Notes: generated by a model not told the origin, from the letters alone. DNA of 56,470 bases, filler included, from Basidioascus undulatus (GCA_000826855.1; 3 parts of 3 records of this genome joined end to end with filler, not necessarily neighbours in it); one strand, 5' to 3'; shown: positions 24,291-36,532, numbered from the whole stretch's first letter. Numbers and translations: made by a program.

Positions 24291-26937
24291 AAGTTCAGGT
24301 GGAGAATTCAGTTTATTAAAATCTATGAAGAGGAAAATGTTCAAATGGAATGCAATAACCAGAGACGCGTCAACGGGCGGAGGAAGGAAATACAGGCGGA
24401 CCTGCGGCGAAGAGAGTACGATGCAAACTTAGCTGGCAGGTGGAACCACACTTGATAGATAGGTAAAGAAGGAAAGATCACGTTAGTGTTTGGACTTCTG
24501 TGGACTGTTGGTAGGTAGGTCGGCGCGTATGGATTGCTCGGACAGCAAGCAGCGAAGACTCAATACTCAAGAAAATCTCAGGATACCACCTTCCTTTACT
24601 GCACCATGACCATAGTTCATGTCAGCGTTTGCACCTCTTTATGACGCAAGATGCACTTTTGCGCGCACGCACGAGATGCAACAATAAAAGTCATGCTTCG
24701 ACTGCAGGAGACAGTCATCGGGTCGTCCCAGGGCGCGGAAACATGCGTAGTCTCTAGGGGCACACGCACTCCGCGCCCTAACGCCGTTCCATCACTACCC
24801 GCCATCACACACCATCACCGCCCCTCCCGTGCTTTTCTAAGCGCATTCTGTGAATAGGAGCTGTATTTGTATAAGTGAGGCAGTTGTACTAGCGACTGCG
24901 TACCCCCTTCTCTTCACTTGCCTGACGTCCCTCCATAGAACCACCTCCAAATCGCTCCCAGCTAATCTCAAACTCAGTCGCCTATCACATAATCTAGCAA
25001 ACAGCGGCGCATGCATGCGTGCTCTCACGCTCCTTCGCACCTCTCCCTCTCCCTACTCTATCACCACCCCTCCCCCTCCCCCGGCACCTCTCTCAAGACA
25101 ACCTATCACGCTTGAGCCTCGTCGGGCGGCAGGGGCCCTTAGAGGTGACGATCGCGTGGCTCTTGACGATCTCAGGGCTGACCCGGATGGCGTCATAGGT
25201 GTCGAGGGTGGTGAAGCTGGGCTGGACGGTAGGTATCAGATGACGTCTCGCAGTGAGAGACAATGTTCTCGAAGACTGAAGCAGACAAAGCGATAAAGAT
25301 CGAGTTTTGAGACCGGAAGGGTGGAAGAGGGTTTTAGCGGGTAACAAGGCATACCTTCTTCTTAGGTGGCAACTGGCTGCTCAAGTGGTTGCTGGTCTGT
25401 CCCCAGTTGCACTCGGTCAGCAAAGATCGCAAAGACTGCAGGGTGTACCCTTGAAGCCTTCAAAGAACACACAGTCGCCTGACTAGCTGCAATTGTACAT
25501 GTGTTCGAATGAGCCGTGGAAGCACGAAGGGAGAGCGGCGCACCAGCGGATGCGCGACCGCTGCGGCCTTCCCTACGGCCCGGGTAGCGTCCACAGCGGG
25601 GTATTGGCCTGCAGCGATGGCGTCCCGCAGGCCTATGGCGTCCACTCCAACACCCCTCTGACGGCCTTCATGCGACCAGACTCCGCCGAATTCCTTCTCA
25701 GCATTTCTGGATGGGTCTTCACACTCGCAAACCGTAATTATATTGAGATTAAAATAAAGCTCGAGTGTTTTGGGCTTCATTTACTGTGTTCAAGTTATAC
25801 GATAGACAATAGACCCAGCCTTCGTTGAGAGAGGGTGCAGGACGGCCTCGGTGTTTGGAGGCAAAACGGACATGGTACCCGGAAAAAGATAAAAGGCCCT
25901 TTCTGTGTACAAGAGCCTTGGTGAAGCTTTTGGGCAGCAGAATGCTATCCAACGGCGGTTCGTCCACTACTTGGTAGTCTGGCGGTTGACGGGCTGCAGA
26001 CTACTAGTAGGCAGTACAGCGCCTGAGCCTGTACAACACAGGAGCTTAGGGAGACAGACTCAGAAAATTTCCTTCGAGGACCTTTTAAGCTACAGGTCCT
26101 ATCCGTATGAAAGGTACTGCCGTCGCCTTCGGAAGGTGTCGCCTGCGAAGTCGATTAAGGAAGAGCTGAGCCTCTCGCTCGCCAGTACGCCCTTGAGAGG
26201 ACGCCTCGACTCGGAAGGATCTTTAAAGCCTTTTTCTCGCCATGACAGGTGAATATTCATTCAGAAGGGTGCTGTCAGCTGCAGTTGTCGGGACGAACGT
26301 GTCTGGGGAGTAGGGAGGCCGGCAGCGGGCAGCGTTTGTCCTATTTTCCTTCGCTTCTCACTGACGAAACTTACATTTTATTCAAAGAAATAACTGCTGA
26401 AATACTTAGGATGTATATTGGTGTGCCATCAAGAGTCGCAGAACTTGATGAACCGACGTCCAGCGTTGCCCTTGGTCGTCGGCATCGTCGCCCTCAGCCC
26501 TGGGCTGAGGATCGTCTTCGCGAAGCGCGAAGGCGCGCGGGTCTTCTTCGCTCCGACTCCCACCCTCTGCTCATCGTCCGACCCATCTCCTCCCCATAAT
26601 CTCGGCGTCTACTGGCCTCCGGCTGAGTCTGTAAATATCCCACGTTTGAGTTGTCGAGGAGACGGCCCATTCGGAACTCAGGTTCGTGCTGATCGTTTGG
26701 AGTTGCGGGGCGAGCGACCGGAGGGACATGCTCGAAGACGGGTCTGGAAGGGTGCGATCGTTCAGGCGCTGACTGACATTGTGGCATTGGATATAGAGCT
26801 CGTAGAGGGCGGTATTGCAGACCATCGGGGGCGCTGAGGGAGCTCGGTCGTTGGACGGCTAGCTGCGACGTACGTTCCCCCGCTCCTGCACATCTATTGA
26901 TTAACTGAGCGCTTCAATGTGAGGCGATCAGCTCATC

Positions 26938-29610
26938 ATGCCTCCAATAACGCGCTCTATTACGCGTGCTCTCGCACATGCACGCTCGCTCTCCACCGCC
27001 GCATCCTCGACGATTCCACATACCCCGCCAGCTGCCTCGCCAGGCTTCTTCAGCACCTCCCTTTCTCCCACCCTTTCCCTATCGCACGCATCCGCCTCTC
27101 GCCTCGCCGCTCAGCGTATCCGCGCTGCGTTTGCGCCGGGTGGCTCCCATGCGCCGGCGCGCGCAGGCTGGTCGATCCTCTCCCAGCTCGCACACGACCT
27201 CGGGGATGACGCGCTCCGCTCGGGGTCGGACGTCCAACCAAGCCTCGCACTCGTGCAGACGACGTACCTTCACGCGTTATTGCGTAAAGGCGACGTATGG
27301 AAGGCGAAAGAGCTGGCAGTCGGGTTCGCGCGCGCTGCAGTGAACGCGGATAAGGTCGGGCGGGAGCGCTTCCCGTTCGCGCGAAGACGACTGCCCGAAA
27401 AGACGCTCACGTCCATCCTGCACATGCTCATATACGCCCCATCGCCATCCTCCTCGCCTACCCCCATCCTCCAACCCCAGCAGAGATCCCCCCGCAAAAC
27501 CCTCACCTTCCTCTACCTCCTCGCCCACTTCCCCACACCCGGAGCGCGCGCCGCTCGGATGTTCGTCGCGCACCATGCGCGGATGCGCGATCCTCGGCTG
27601 CAGCGGCTGCTCCTCGCGCTCGTGCTCGGACTCCTGAGCGCGGAGATGGTCGGCGCAGCAGCGGTGGTGTACGTGCAATGGTGTCGGTCCTGGGCTGCGT
27701 ACGAGGACCGCCAGCGGTTGGAGGAAGTCGAGCGGATGAAGCAGTTGCAGGAGGTCCCAAAGGAGCGGATCGTCGACCTTCGCACGCAGTTGCGCTGGCG
27801 GTCGGAACGTGTCCTGGACGATCCCCTCCTCCCGCTTATGCGGCCGTCTACCCGCGCACGCCCTGTCCCGGAACTCGATCGTCGGATCCTCGACGAGATT
27901 CGCGACCGACTGCGCTCGCCCTTCTCTGAAGGGACGTACTCGGAGCACTCCAACGCAGCCGTTCAACTCGCGAGCCTCCTCGACGACCGCCTCTTCCTCA
28001 GCTCCCGTGCCGCGCCGCTTCTCCACGCGCTCATCAACTTCCCCCCGCCACCGCTACGCTCCCACAACGAGCGACAATTCGACGCGTGCAAGTACATTCG
28101 CGAGGTTCTCCAACGATTCCTTGTCGACCCTCCGGTCAAGCCGCCGCTCGAAGTGACGCATTCCGAAGTCCTTCCAGTGCACCTTCGCGCTCTCGCGCGT
28201 CTCCCCCCGCGGGAAGGACGGATCCCCCTCCGCTGGACCATGCCGCAGTTCGATACCCGCTCGTACAACACCCTCCTGCACTACGCGCTCCGCCACAAGC
28301 GTGATCTCGAGCGCGGCTTCGCCGTTCTCAGGCACATGACGCTGACGCGGAATCCGTCGCTCCGTCCGCGCACGGAGACGCTCAACGTCCTCGTGCGCGA
28401 GGGTTCGCTCATGCGCGTGAACTCCGTCACGAAGCAGGCGCTCGCGAAGTTCAGGTCGCGCCTGGTGGATCTGGATGCCGAGGAGGCGCCGAAGGGTGAC
28501 AAGCGGACGTCGCGCTCGTCTGCATCGAATCGCGGAACCGCCCAAGCGCCGGTCGTCGGCGTACACTCATCAACAGCCAAATCTCGGCCTTCTGAGGCAC
28601 CCGCTGTCGTCGAGGTCGCTCCCGCGACTGAGCGTCGCAGTCGCCGTCGACGCGAGCGACCAGCGAAGGCGCCCCATGTCGTCCCTTCGCCGCCGCCACC
28701 CTCCAGGCCGAACTCCCTTCCCTCCTCCGACCCTGTCCTCGCATCGCCTACCGAGCACGCCCCTCCCTCGCCTCTCGCGTCAGATCCGCTACCCGACATG
28801 CACACCTTTTCCGCCTACATCACGCACCTTTCCGCGACCGGACAGACCGAGCTCTTGATGCCGATCGTTTTCCGTCTCCTCCCGCAGATCGACTTTAACC
28901 TCAGCTGGCACAAGCGCCGCAAAATGACCTACACGCGCCGCGCTATCGACCCGCACCTCTGGACGTCGCTCCTCAGCGCGCTCGCCCGCGCGGACAAGGC
29001 GGGCCTGGCGACGCGGGTGTGGCGCCAGGCGAAGTGGGCCGAGGAGGGCGCGGACTGGACGCTGCCGATTGAGGCGTTCACGGCGATGCTCCAGCTCTAC
29101 TGCCGCGAGGTTCGCAAGACGGTCGTCCCCGACGCGACCGCGACTCCGGCAGGGCACACGCGCGGCGCGTTCGCCAAGGGCTGGGGTCCGCAACGGTGGC
29201 GGTACGACATCCCACCGCACCGGCACAAGCCCGACGCGCCCGAGGCCTGCCGCCAGAACCTGCGCCATAGCCTGCGCCCGAACGCGGCCGTCCAAGCCGG
29301 ACGCTATATTCTCGAGGATGTCAAGGCTCGCGGGCTGACGCTCGACGCGCGATTCTTCCGTTACGCGCTGGAGCTGTTCGAGGGTCGCCCGCAGCCTCAG
29401 GCGAAGGCGGCGCTGGAGGAGGTTCGAGAGATGATGCGGATGGGAGGGTGGGAGGTGCCGGAGGAGCGTTGGCGGACGATGGGCGGCGGCAGTGGGCGAC
29501 TGCGGCGCCCTGCAGTCAGGCAAACGCGCAGTCTATGGCGCACCAGGGGACCGCATCGTTTGTGGGCGGAGGCTCGGCGGAGGGACCGTGCCCGACGGGC
29601 TGAGCAGTAG
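26938..29610 (+). CDS. Pentatricopeptide-repeat (PPR) protein, probably mitochondrial, 890 aa, intronless
   Basis: Long clean ORF with an R/S/A-rich, acid-free presequence-like N-terminus and PPR-like units: DTRSYNTLLHYALR...GFAVLRHM, PRTETLNVLV, PDMHTFSAYITHL, DPHLWTSLLSALARADKAGLA, PIEAFTAMLQLY. Confidence 0.8.
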   Translation: MPPITRSITRALAHARSLSTAASSTIPHTPPAASPGFFSTSLSPTLSLSHASASRLAAQRIRAAFAPGGSHAPARAGWSILSQLAHDLGDDALRSGSDVQPSLALVQTTYLHALLRKGDVWKAKELAVGFARAAVNADKVGRERFPFARRRLPEKTLTSILHMLIYAPSPSSSPTPILQPQQRSPRKTLTFLYLLAHFPTPGARAARMFVAHHARMRDPRLQRLLLALVLGLLSAEMVGAAAVVYVQWCRSWAAYEDRQRLEEVERMKQLQEVPKERIVDLRTQLRWRSERVLDDPLLPLMRPSTRARPVPELDRRILDEIRDRLRSPFSEGTYSEHSNAAVQLASLLDDRLFLSSRAAPLLHALINFPPPPLRSHNERQFDACKYIREVLQRFLVDPPVKPPLEVTHSEVLPVHLRALARLPPREGRIPLRWTMPQFDTRSYNTLLHYALRHKRDLERGFAVLRHMTLTRNPSLRPRTETLNVLVREGSLMRVNSVTKQALAKFRSRLVDLDAEEAPKGDKRTSRSSASNRGTAQAPVVGVHSSTAKSRPSEAPAVVEVAPATERRSRRRRERPAKAPHVVPSPPPPSRPNSLPSSDPVLASPTEHAPPSPLASDPLPDMHTFSAYITHLSATGQTELLMPIVFRLLPQIDFNLSWHKRRKMTYTRRAIDPHLWTSLLSALARADKAGLATRVWRQAKWAEEGADWTLPIEAFTAMLQLYCREVRKTVVPDATATPAGHTRGAFAKGWGPQRWRYDIPPHRHKPDAPEACRQNLRHSLRPNAAVQAGRYILEDVKARGLTLDARFFRYALELFEGRPQPQAKAALEEVREMMRMGGWEVPEERWRTMGGGSGRLRRPAVRQTRSLWRTRGPHRLWAEARRRDRARRAEQ

Positions 29611-30761
29611 GGGGCTGGCGTTGTTTCCGGGACTGCATTATGATCCGCATCGCATTTGCATCGTTTGACCTGCTTGCGCATGCTCTTATGGTACGAATGC
29701 GAAGATTGGCGAAAGAATGAAGGATTCAACGATGAAAACGTACAAGCCGCGCAAGAGACGTCGCCCGGTCATGCTGCAGGTTAATGCTCTGCGTTTACGG
29801 CTGCCGTTGTCTTCAAACTCACCCTTGCATGTCCAATAACATAGCACAGAAAACATCACAACTTTCCATTTCTTCACGACCGTTCAATGGTCGAAAGTTT
29901 GTCCCGTGCTTGCTTGCTCAAGGTGACCTCACCCGACGGAAAGGGGCAGCGCTGTAGGGCTCGGCAGTTGTCTACCGACTATCCCGTCCTAGATATCGAG
30001 CAGAGATGAGCAACAACCCGTTCTACCCCGACAGGATCCATATCCATGATGGACCCGTGCACGTCGGCGAGTGGGTACAAACGCGGTCCCGTCCGGACCG
30101 CCGCGAAGGAATCGTAAGTCCTTGTCCAGACAACGCCCACGCTTCCCTGCTCAGGTATCAGGAGAGACGAAGGTGGTAGCGACTTTCGATCTCGATGGTA
30201 CACCGGTGGAGCAGAAAGAGGATGTCGTTGGTGAGGGCTTTGAAGTGCAGGTAGGCACGCAGCCGGCCTTCGCAACGCTTTCCAATCTTTATGCCCCCTG
30301 CTCGCAGGATCCGCCTAAGGTCGTTTATCGTCAGGGAGTGCGTTCATTTCCTTGCTGTGGATGGCAGAAATGGTGCGTAGCTCACGCCTTCCTCGGACGC
30401 CATAGAATGACGAGCTCGCTGCCGATGAGCCTGCAAATCTCATCCACGGTCGACGGATGCGGTCGAGGTCGCGGGAGCGGCGGGAGTCGCAGTGAGCATA
30501 GGCTTTGCGAAGGATAGTGTACAGCCTCGATGGAAAATGCATAGGACGGGGGACATGCATGACTACTTTGCGTTGATGGTCGCTCGCTTGCTTCCATGAG
30601 CTGCAGCGTCAACCGTTCGAATGACACTGCAACACGCTCAGCAATGACACCTTACACGACAGAATGCTATTGTAGCAAGCAAAGTACACAAACACAACAA
30701 AGTGCCCACCCTGCGCTCCGCTTATCCTCCGTCGCCGCCTGACCCAAGCAGGCAGGCACGC

Positions 30762-33700
30762 TCAGTAGCGCCTCGGCGGAGGCGGACCGCCTCTGCTCAT
30801 CGGTGGGGGCGGAGGCCGCGCACCCATAGGCGGAGGAGGGGGCCGAGCGCCCATCGGCGGCGGGGGCGGACGCGCGCCGTAGCCGCCGCCTTGTACGGGC
30901 GGCGGGGCACCGTAGTACCCTCCGCCTGCGGCCGGCGGAGGATAGCCGGCGCCGACGGGTGCCGGGAAGGGCGCTGTTGGGAATTATGGGATGCAATAAT
31001 TAGTTTGCGGGGTGAGAATGAGGACTGGACAAGCACGCACGATACGCTTGAGGCGGGGGTGGCGGGGGTGGCGGGCGCGCGCCGTAAGCGCCCACAGGCG
31101 GCGGAGGCGCGGAGTAAGGATTGGGCGGGGCATACGAGCCACCTCCGCCGTAGCCTCCCGGCGGACCTGAAAGAGGGACAACGAACGCGGGAGTCAGCAA
31201 AGAGCGCTTCGCGACGAGGCAACCAACGAAGGCTGAAGACGTACCGCCACTGTAAGGCGCACCGCCACCACCGTAGCCTCCGCCTCCGTAGCTGCCGCCA
31301 CCATAAGGCGCAGACGGGGGCGGACCGCCGTACCCACCATAAGCGCCCGGCGGACCAGCGGACGGGGATGGCCGCGACGGGTAACGCTGGGGCGACGGGT
31401 AACGCTGGGGCGACGGTTGCCCGTAGCGATCTGGAGAAGGATAGCCCCCTGACGGGAAGGACAAGCGACATGGTTCAGCAAATCGAGCAGCAAAGAGATT
31501 GGGAATAGGAATAACGCACGGTCATCGCGACCTCCGTAAGGCGGCCTCGAGTCGTAACCATTCCGGGGCGGACCGCCACCACCGTATCCTCCGCGACCGG
31601 GACTGCCGTTGTACCCTCCTACAAGGCTCAAGATCAACTCAGGTCCGAGTGCACACCAAGCACGCATATCACCGACGTACCACCGCCGTAGCCGCCCCTT
31701 CCCAGCGAGCCGCTGTACGAGTCCCTCTCTCCGCCAAAGCTCCTCCTTCCGCCGCCGCCCCCTAACCCAGGGCCGCCACTGTACCGCCGGTCGTCACCGC
31801 CGCGGCGGGTGCGCTCGGCGTCCGACTGGTTGAGGACGGGCTTGCGGGGCTTGTACCCGGGGAGGAGGACGCTCTTGTGCGGCGTGAGCTGGGGCGGGAA
31901 GAAGTGGTGTACCGAGATCGAGCGGTCGTCCTGGATATCGGGCATGTCCTCGAGCGACGCCAGCGGCGAGTAGTATGTCGACCCAGGCACGACGGCCGGG
32001 TCGCCCTGCGCCTTGCCCGCGAGCCGGCCGGACGCCTTCGTGTTGATGTCCACGAGCTGTTTACGCAAAACAAAAATCTGATCAGCTATCCGTCGTCTAG
32101 CTTGAGCGAGGAGCCAGCCCACCTCGTCGCTCTTGCGCTTGGAATAAAGCATCGAGAACTGCTCGTACAGGGGGTGCTCGTCCGAGATGAAGAGCGCGCC
32201 GTTCCCGCGTCCGTTCCTGCGCGCCTCGTCCTCGGAGAGCTGCGGGTAACGCGGCTTGAGCGCGTCGAGGAGGCGCTTCTCGTCGATGAACGGCAGGAGC
32301 GCGACGCCCTGCCACGCCATCTTCTTGCCGTTCATGTCGATCTCGAACTCGTCCGGGTAGAAGTGGCGGATCGTCGAGTCCTCCTCGGTCATCAGACGCC
32401 GGAACGGCTCGGGAATGTGGATCCCGCTGCGGAGAAGCGACGGAGCGTGAGCGATGCAAGCAAACACCGACCGGTCGGAGAAACGAAGATGGCACGTACG
32501 ACGCCGCAGGGAAGACGCCCATGAGCTGTTCGAACGGCCTGAACGGCTCGCCGAGATCAAACTTGATCTCCATCTTTGCGATGTCCACGAAGTCTGCGGC
32601 GAAGGGAGCGTAGTAGTAGGGGTAGTACCAGTTCCAGGACGGGCACTGTCCGAGTCCGAGTCCAATTGCCACCCAGCGCTCATGATCAGCAGCAGCAGCG
32701 ATGCGAGAACGACGACGAAGACGCACGCCCTGGTAGTAGTACCGCAGGACCCAGCACAGGCCCTCCATGTAGTGCTTGACGACCCTGCCCGCGCAAGCGG
32801 ATCAGTTCAAACCAGCAACTGGGTAACTGACCGCAGACAAGACGGAACGTACTGTGCGCGGAACGCGGTGTCGCTCAACTCGACGCCGAACTTCTGGCGG
32901 TAATACCGCTCCCTGTAGCCGGGCTCCCAGAGCCTGCCATGCCCCACGTGCACACGCATCAGCGGGGCCGCTCTCACTACCGTGGCCGAGGCGAGTCGCC
33001 GAGGAGACGAGAGAAGAGATGAAGAGAAAAGGAAAAGAGGAGGGGAGAAGAAAAGAGGAGAAGCGAGGAAGCAGAACGCACTTGACCGTATCCTCCTGCT
33101 CGACCGTCCCATCGGGATTAACGCGCCTCGAGATGCGCTGCGGGCCCGCCGGCTCAGCCGCTTCCGGCAGAGGCGTAGCAGGCGCGATGCTCTCGTCGTC
33201 GTCCTCGATGTCGGTGCCAGCAATGCTCGGCCCCAACAAACTGTCCTCCCCCTCGGCCTCCGCCTCCGCCTCGTCGTGCGTGCGCTTGACGCCGTGCGAG
33301 CTCCCCTCCCAACCGCGCACAACGCCCACCATCTTCTGCTCCGCGGGCGTCTCCGCCTCGCCCGGCGCAACCACCCCGTCCTCCGACAGCCCGACGGCGC
33401 TCTTCGCCTCCGCCAACTTCGCCTCCTCCGCCTCCTTTTCCGCGCCCGCGCCGGGGGCCTCCCGCATCCCGCCTGCCAGCTCAGCCTTGAGCATCTCCGC
33501 GGCGCTCAGGTTCGCAAGCCGGATCTTCGCGCGGTTCGCAACGACGTCCGCGGGGCTCGCCATGTTAACGTAGTTCGGGTCGTTCGGGTCCGGCGGTCCT
33601 CCGGCGGGGACGATGTCGAACGATGGGCGCGCGGGGAGGGACGGGTGCGAGACGGCCCCGCCCCCCGGAGTGGAGGCGGGCACGGGCACGTACGAAGTCC

Positions 33701-35975
33701 CGCCTAGCTGCATCGAGCCGGGCGGCGCGTCGTCCCGATCGCGCGAGGGAGGCCCGCCGCGCGCGGAACGCCCGTCCCGCCCTTGCTGCTCGAGCTTGCG
33801 CCGCTTGGCGTTCGCCTCCTGACGGTCCTCGGCTGCAGGTCCCATCCGTCATCGGATCAGCTCATCATCCTTGCAACTCGAGAAGGGGTGAAGCGGGGAC
33901 AAGAACGCGACGCACCCTCCTTCCTTCTCCTAAAGATCTCGTCCTCGCTACTCGCGAGTCCCTCCAAAATGACCTGCGCCCTTGCCATCTCGACCTCTCC
34001 ATGATTCGTAAGATACCCACCCATAACCGGCAACTGGGCCTTCCAGATCTTCAACAGCGTGTCGATCGCGCCCTCGCGGATCTCCAAGCTCGGCAAGTGC
34101 GGCAAGAAGTCGTTCCCGACGAAGAAGATGAGGAAGACCCAATCGTCGATCGCGCGCTCGAGGTCGAACGGGAAGGGCACGTTGGGCAGGCGCAGCTCGA
34201 TGGAGAGGTACTCCCGCAGGGTGGACACGTCGAGGAAGATGAACGGCTTGGGCGGCTCGGGCTTCTTCGGCGCGGTCGGGTCGTTCGGAGGCGGTGGGGG
34301 ACCGCCGCGGCGGTTGCGGTCTTTGTCCGCTTGCGCGAAGACGTCCTCCCGAAGGACTTTGAAGTTCGGCTCGTGCGTCGCGAGCGCGAGCATGATGAGG
34401 TCGGCGTCCTGCGGCGACGACACGCGTCAGCTCGGGCTCTTCTTTCTTCTCTTTTTTTCCGCGGCCGCAAAGGAGGAAGTTAGGAGGAGGGAAGAAGGGA
34501 GAGACGCACCAGACCGTAAATGACGTGCGACATGTTGGGGTCGTGGTCGGGCTGGCTCCGCTGCCGGCGGATGTAGTCCATGATCTTGTGCTCGCCCTCG
34601 CCCGGCACGGACGCGTCCGAGATGATCACTTGGACCTGTTGTGTGCCACACCCAAGATGCCATCCCCACACAGAGTCAGTCATGCCGAAGTCTTCGAGAG
34701 AGAGAGGGAGAAGAGGGGAGGCAACGGACGTTCTTCCAGCCCGGATCGGTGTTGAGCTTTTGCGCGACCCAGTAGCGGAGGGAGGCGGCGAGGAGGTCCA
34801 TGAAGGGCGTGCCTGGACCCTCACGGACTTCAGTCCCACTGCTTTGTTTACTTGAAAATCAAAGTGAGCGCACCGGGAGTGATCGCGTTCGAGTCCCACG
34901 ACTTCTTGTTCTTGCTCTCGTCCGAGACCTTGTGGCCCATCGCTGTCCGTACCGACACCCACACCTCAGCAACCCGGCCCGAACTCCGAAGACGGAAGGC
35001 ACAAGCAGGAAACCGGGAAGGGGAGGATGCGGCACACTCACACTCCATCAGCGCGATCCCCTCCTGCCGCTCCTTCTCCTTCTCCTTCGCCTCCTGCGCG
35101 GCGCGGAACCGGCGCGAGCGCTGTTGGTTCATTTTGGCGCGGGGGGCGACGCCGTCTGATTTCCGACCCCACCAGCACCAACGCGGAACGCATTTAGTCA
35201 GAGCGCAAAGGAGGAAAGTGAACGGCGGGACGAGGCGGACCGATGGCCATCATGAGGAGCTTGCGCGGGCGGACCATGTTGACGACGCGCTCGGTGTAGA
35301 GAAAGACTTCGCGCATCATGTCTTCCTCTGTTTCGGGGGGAGGCTGGGAAGACAGGGAGGCGGGTTCAGGGCTCATGCCTTTTCAGGTAGGTGCGGGTGC
35401 GCGGGGGAGGGGAGAGGGGCAGGAGCAGGAGAGCGGGCGGATGCCTTTCCGTGGAGCCAGTGTGTTGGCCGAGAGAGAGGAAGAGGAATCAGAAGCGCCA
35501 ACAGCCAACGGGTAATGCCAAAGCAGTAGTTGTCTTCTCTTCTCTCGCTCGCTCGCTCGCTCGCTCTCGCCGCACACCGCAGAGCCAACCGGGGACGGGA
35601 CCGCAACGGACCTTGTTCTCAGGGTGTGTACACGGGTGAACGATGCCGTTCATGTCCAGGTAGAGGCAGTCGAACTCCTCCCCGTTCGGGTTGGGCCCTG
35701 TGATGTCGACGGGGAGGAACGCCTGCGGGCCGTCGTCGTCGTCCGCCTGCGGGAGCGGCACGGGCTCGTCCTCGATCACTTTCGAGACGATCTTGGGGTA
35801 TTTCTGGGGGGGACAGCATGCATTCAGAGAGGAGGTTAGGAAGGAAAGGAGAGGAAGGAAAGGGGAGACGGACCTTGGAGAGCCATCGGAAGAGGGCGGG
35901 GACACCCTGCAGATGAGGAGCGAGGATGAGGTGGGGAGTGGGAAAGAAGGAGGGATGGAGATGGAGACGGACCAT
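30762..35975 (-). CDS. XRN2: 5'-3' exoribonuclease 2 (Rat1/Dhp1/XRN2)
   Basis: [159 protein letters not shown], then a G/P/Y/R-rich tail ending PPPPRRY* at 30762. Confidence 0.97.
31374..31416. repeat. 18-bp tandem repeat (about 2.4 copies) in the XRN2 tail, encoding PSPQRY
   Basis: gcgacgggtaacgctggg twice, followed by gcgacgg. Confidence 0.85.
35545..35566. repeat. (CTCG)n microsatellite in an XRN2 intron
   Basis: ctcgctcgctcgctcgctcgct. Confidence 0.8.
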
Positions 35976-36532
35976 GCTGGGCTAATAGATAGAGAGCGAG
36001 TGGGGAGTCTGGCCTGGGAGCGTGTCCGACGCGTCGCGAGAGACGAGGAGTGAAGGGAGCGGGGTCGTGGCGAGAAGGCGAGAACCGAACCGTTGAGTGA
36101 ACCGACCGAGATCTCGCACTCGCAAGGAGTGGTCAGCGAGCGAGATCAGCTGCGTAAAGGCAGCGGTGTCGAGTGTGTAACGCGCGGTCGACGATGAGAG
36201 GTCGAGCGTGTACAAGATTGAGCTGACTCGAAAGTGCGAGTGGAAAGTGACTGGATCAAGGCCCAAGTCGCACCTGGCGAGGCGAGAAGTCAGGCGCGTA
36301 TCGGCTCGGTGAAACCATAGCAAGAGCAGGATTGCAGACCTTATCGTAAGCCCAGGCCTGCAAGGGATTTTGAAGCGCGGGAACAGCCGCCCAACATTTT
36401 TGGCAGCCTTGCCTTCTTCCTCTTGCCTTCTTCCCCTCTCCCTCACCCCCTTCCTCCATTCGGCCTCTTCAGCAGTCTCCTCCTCCTTCTCCTACCCCCT
36501 TAACCTCGTCCTTTCTTAACCCCGCTATTACG

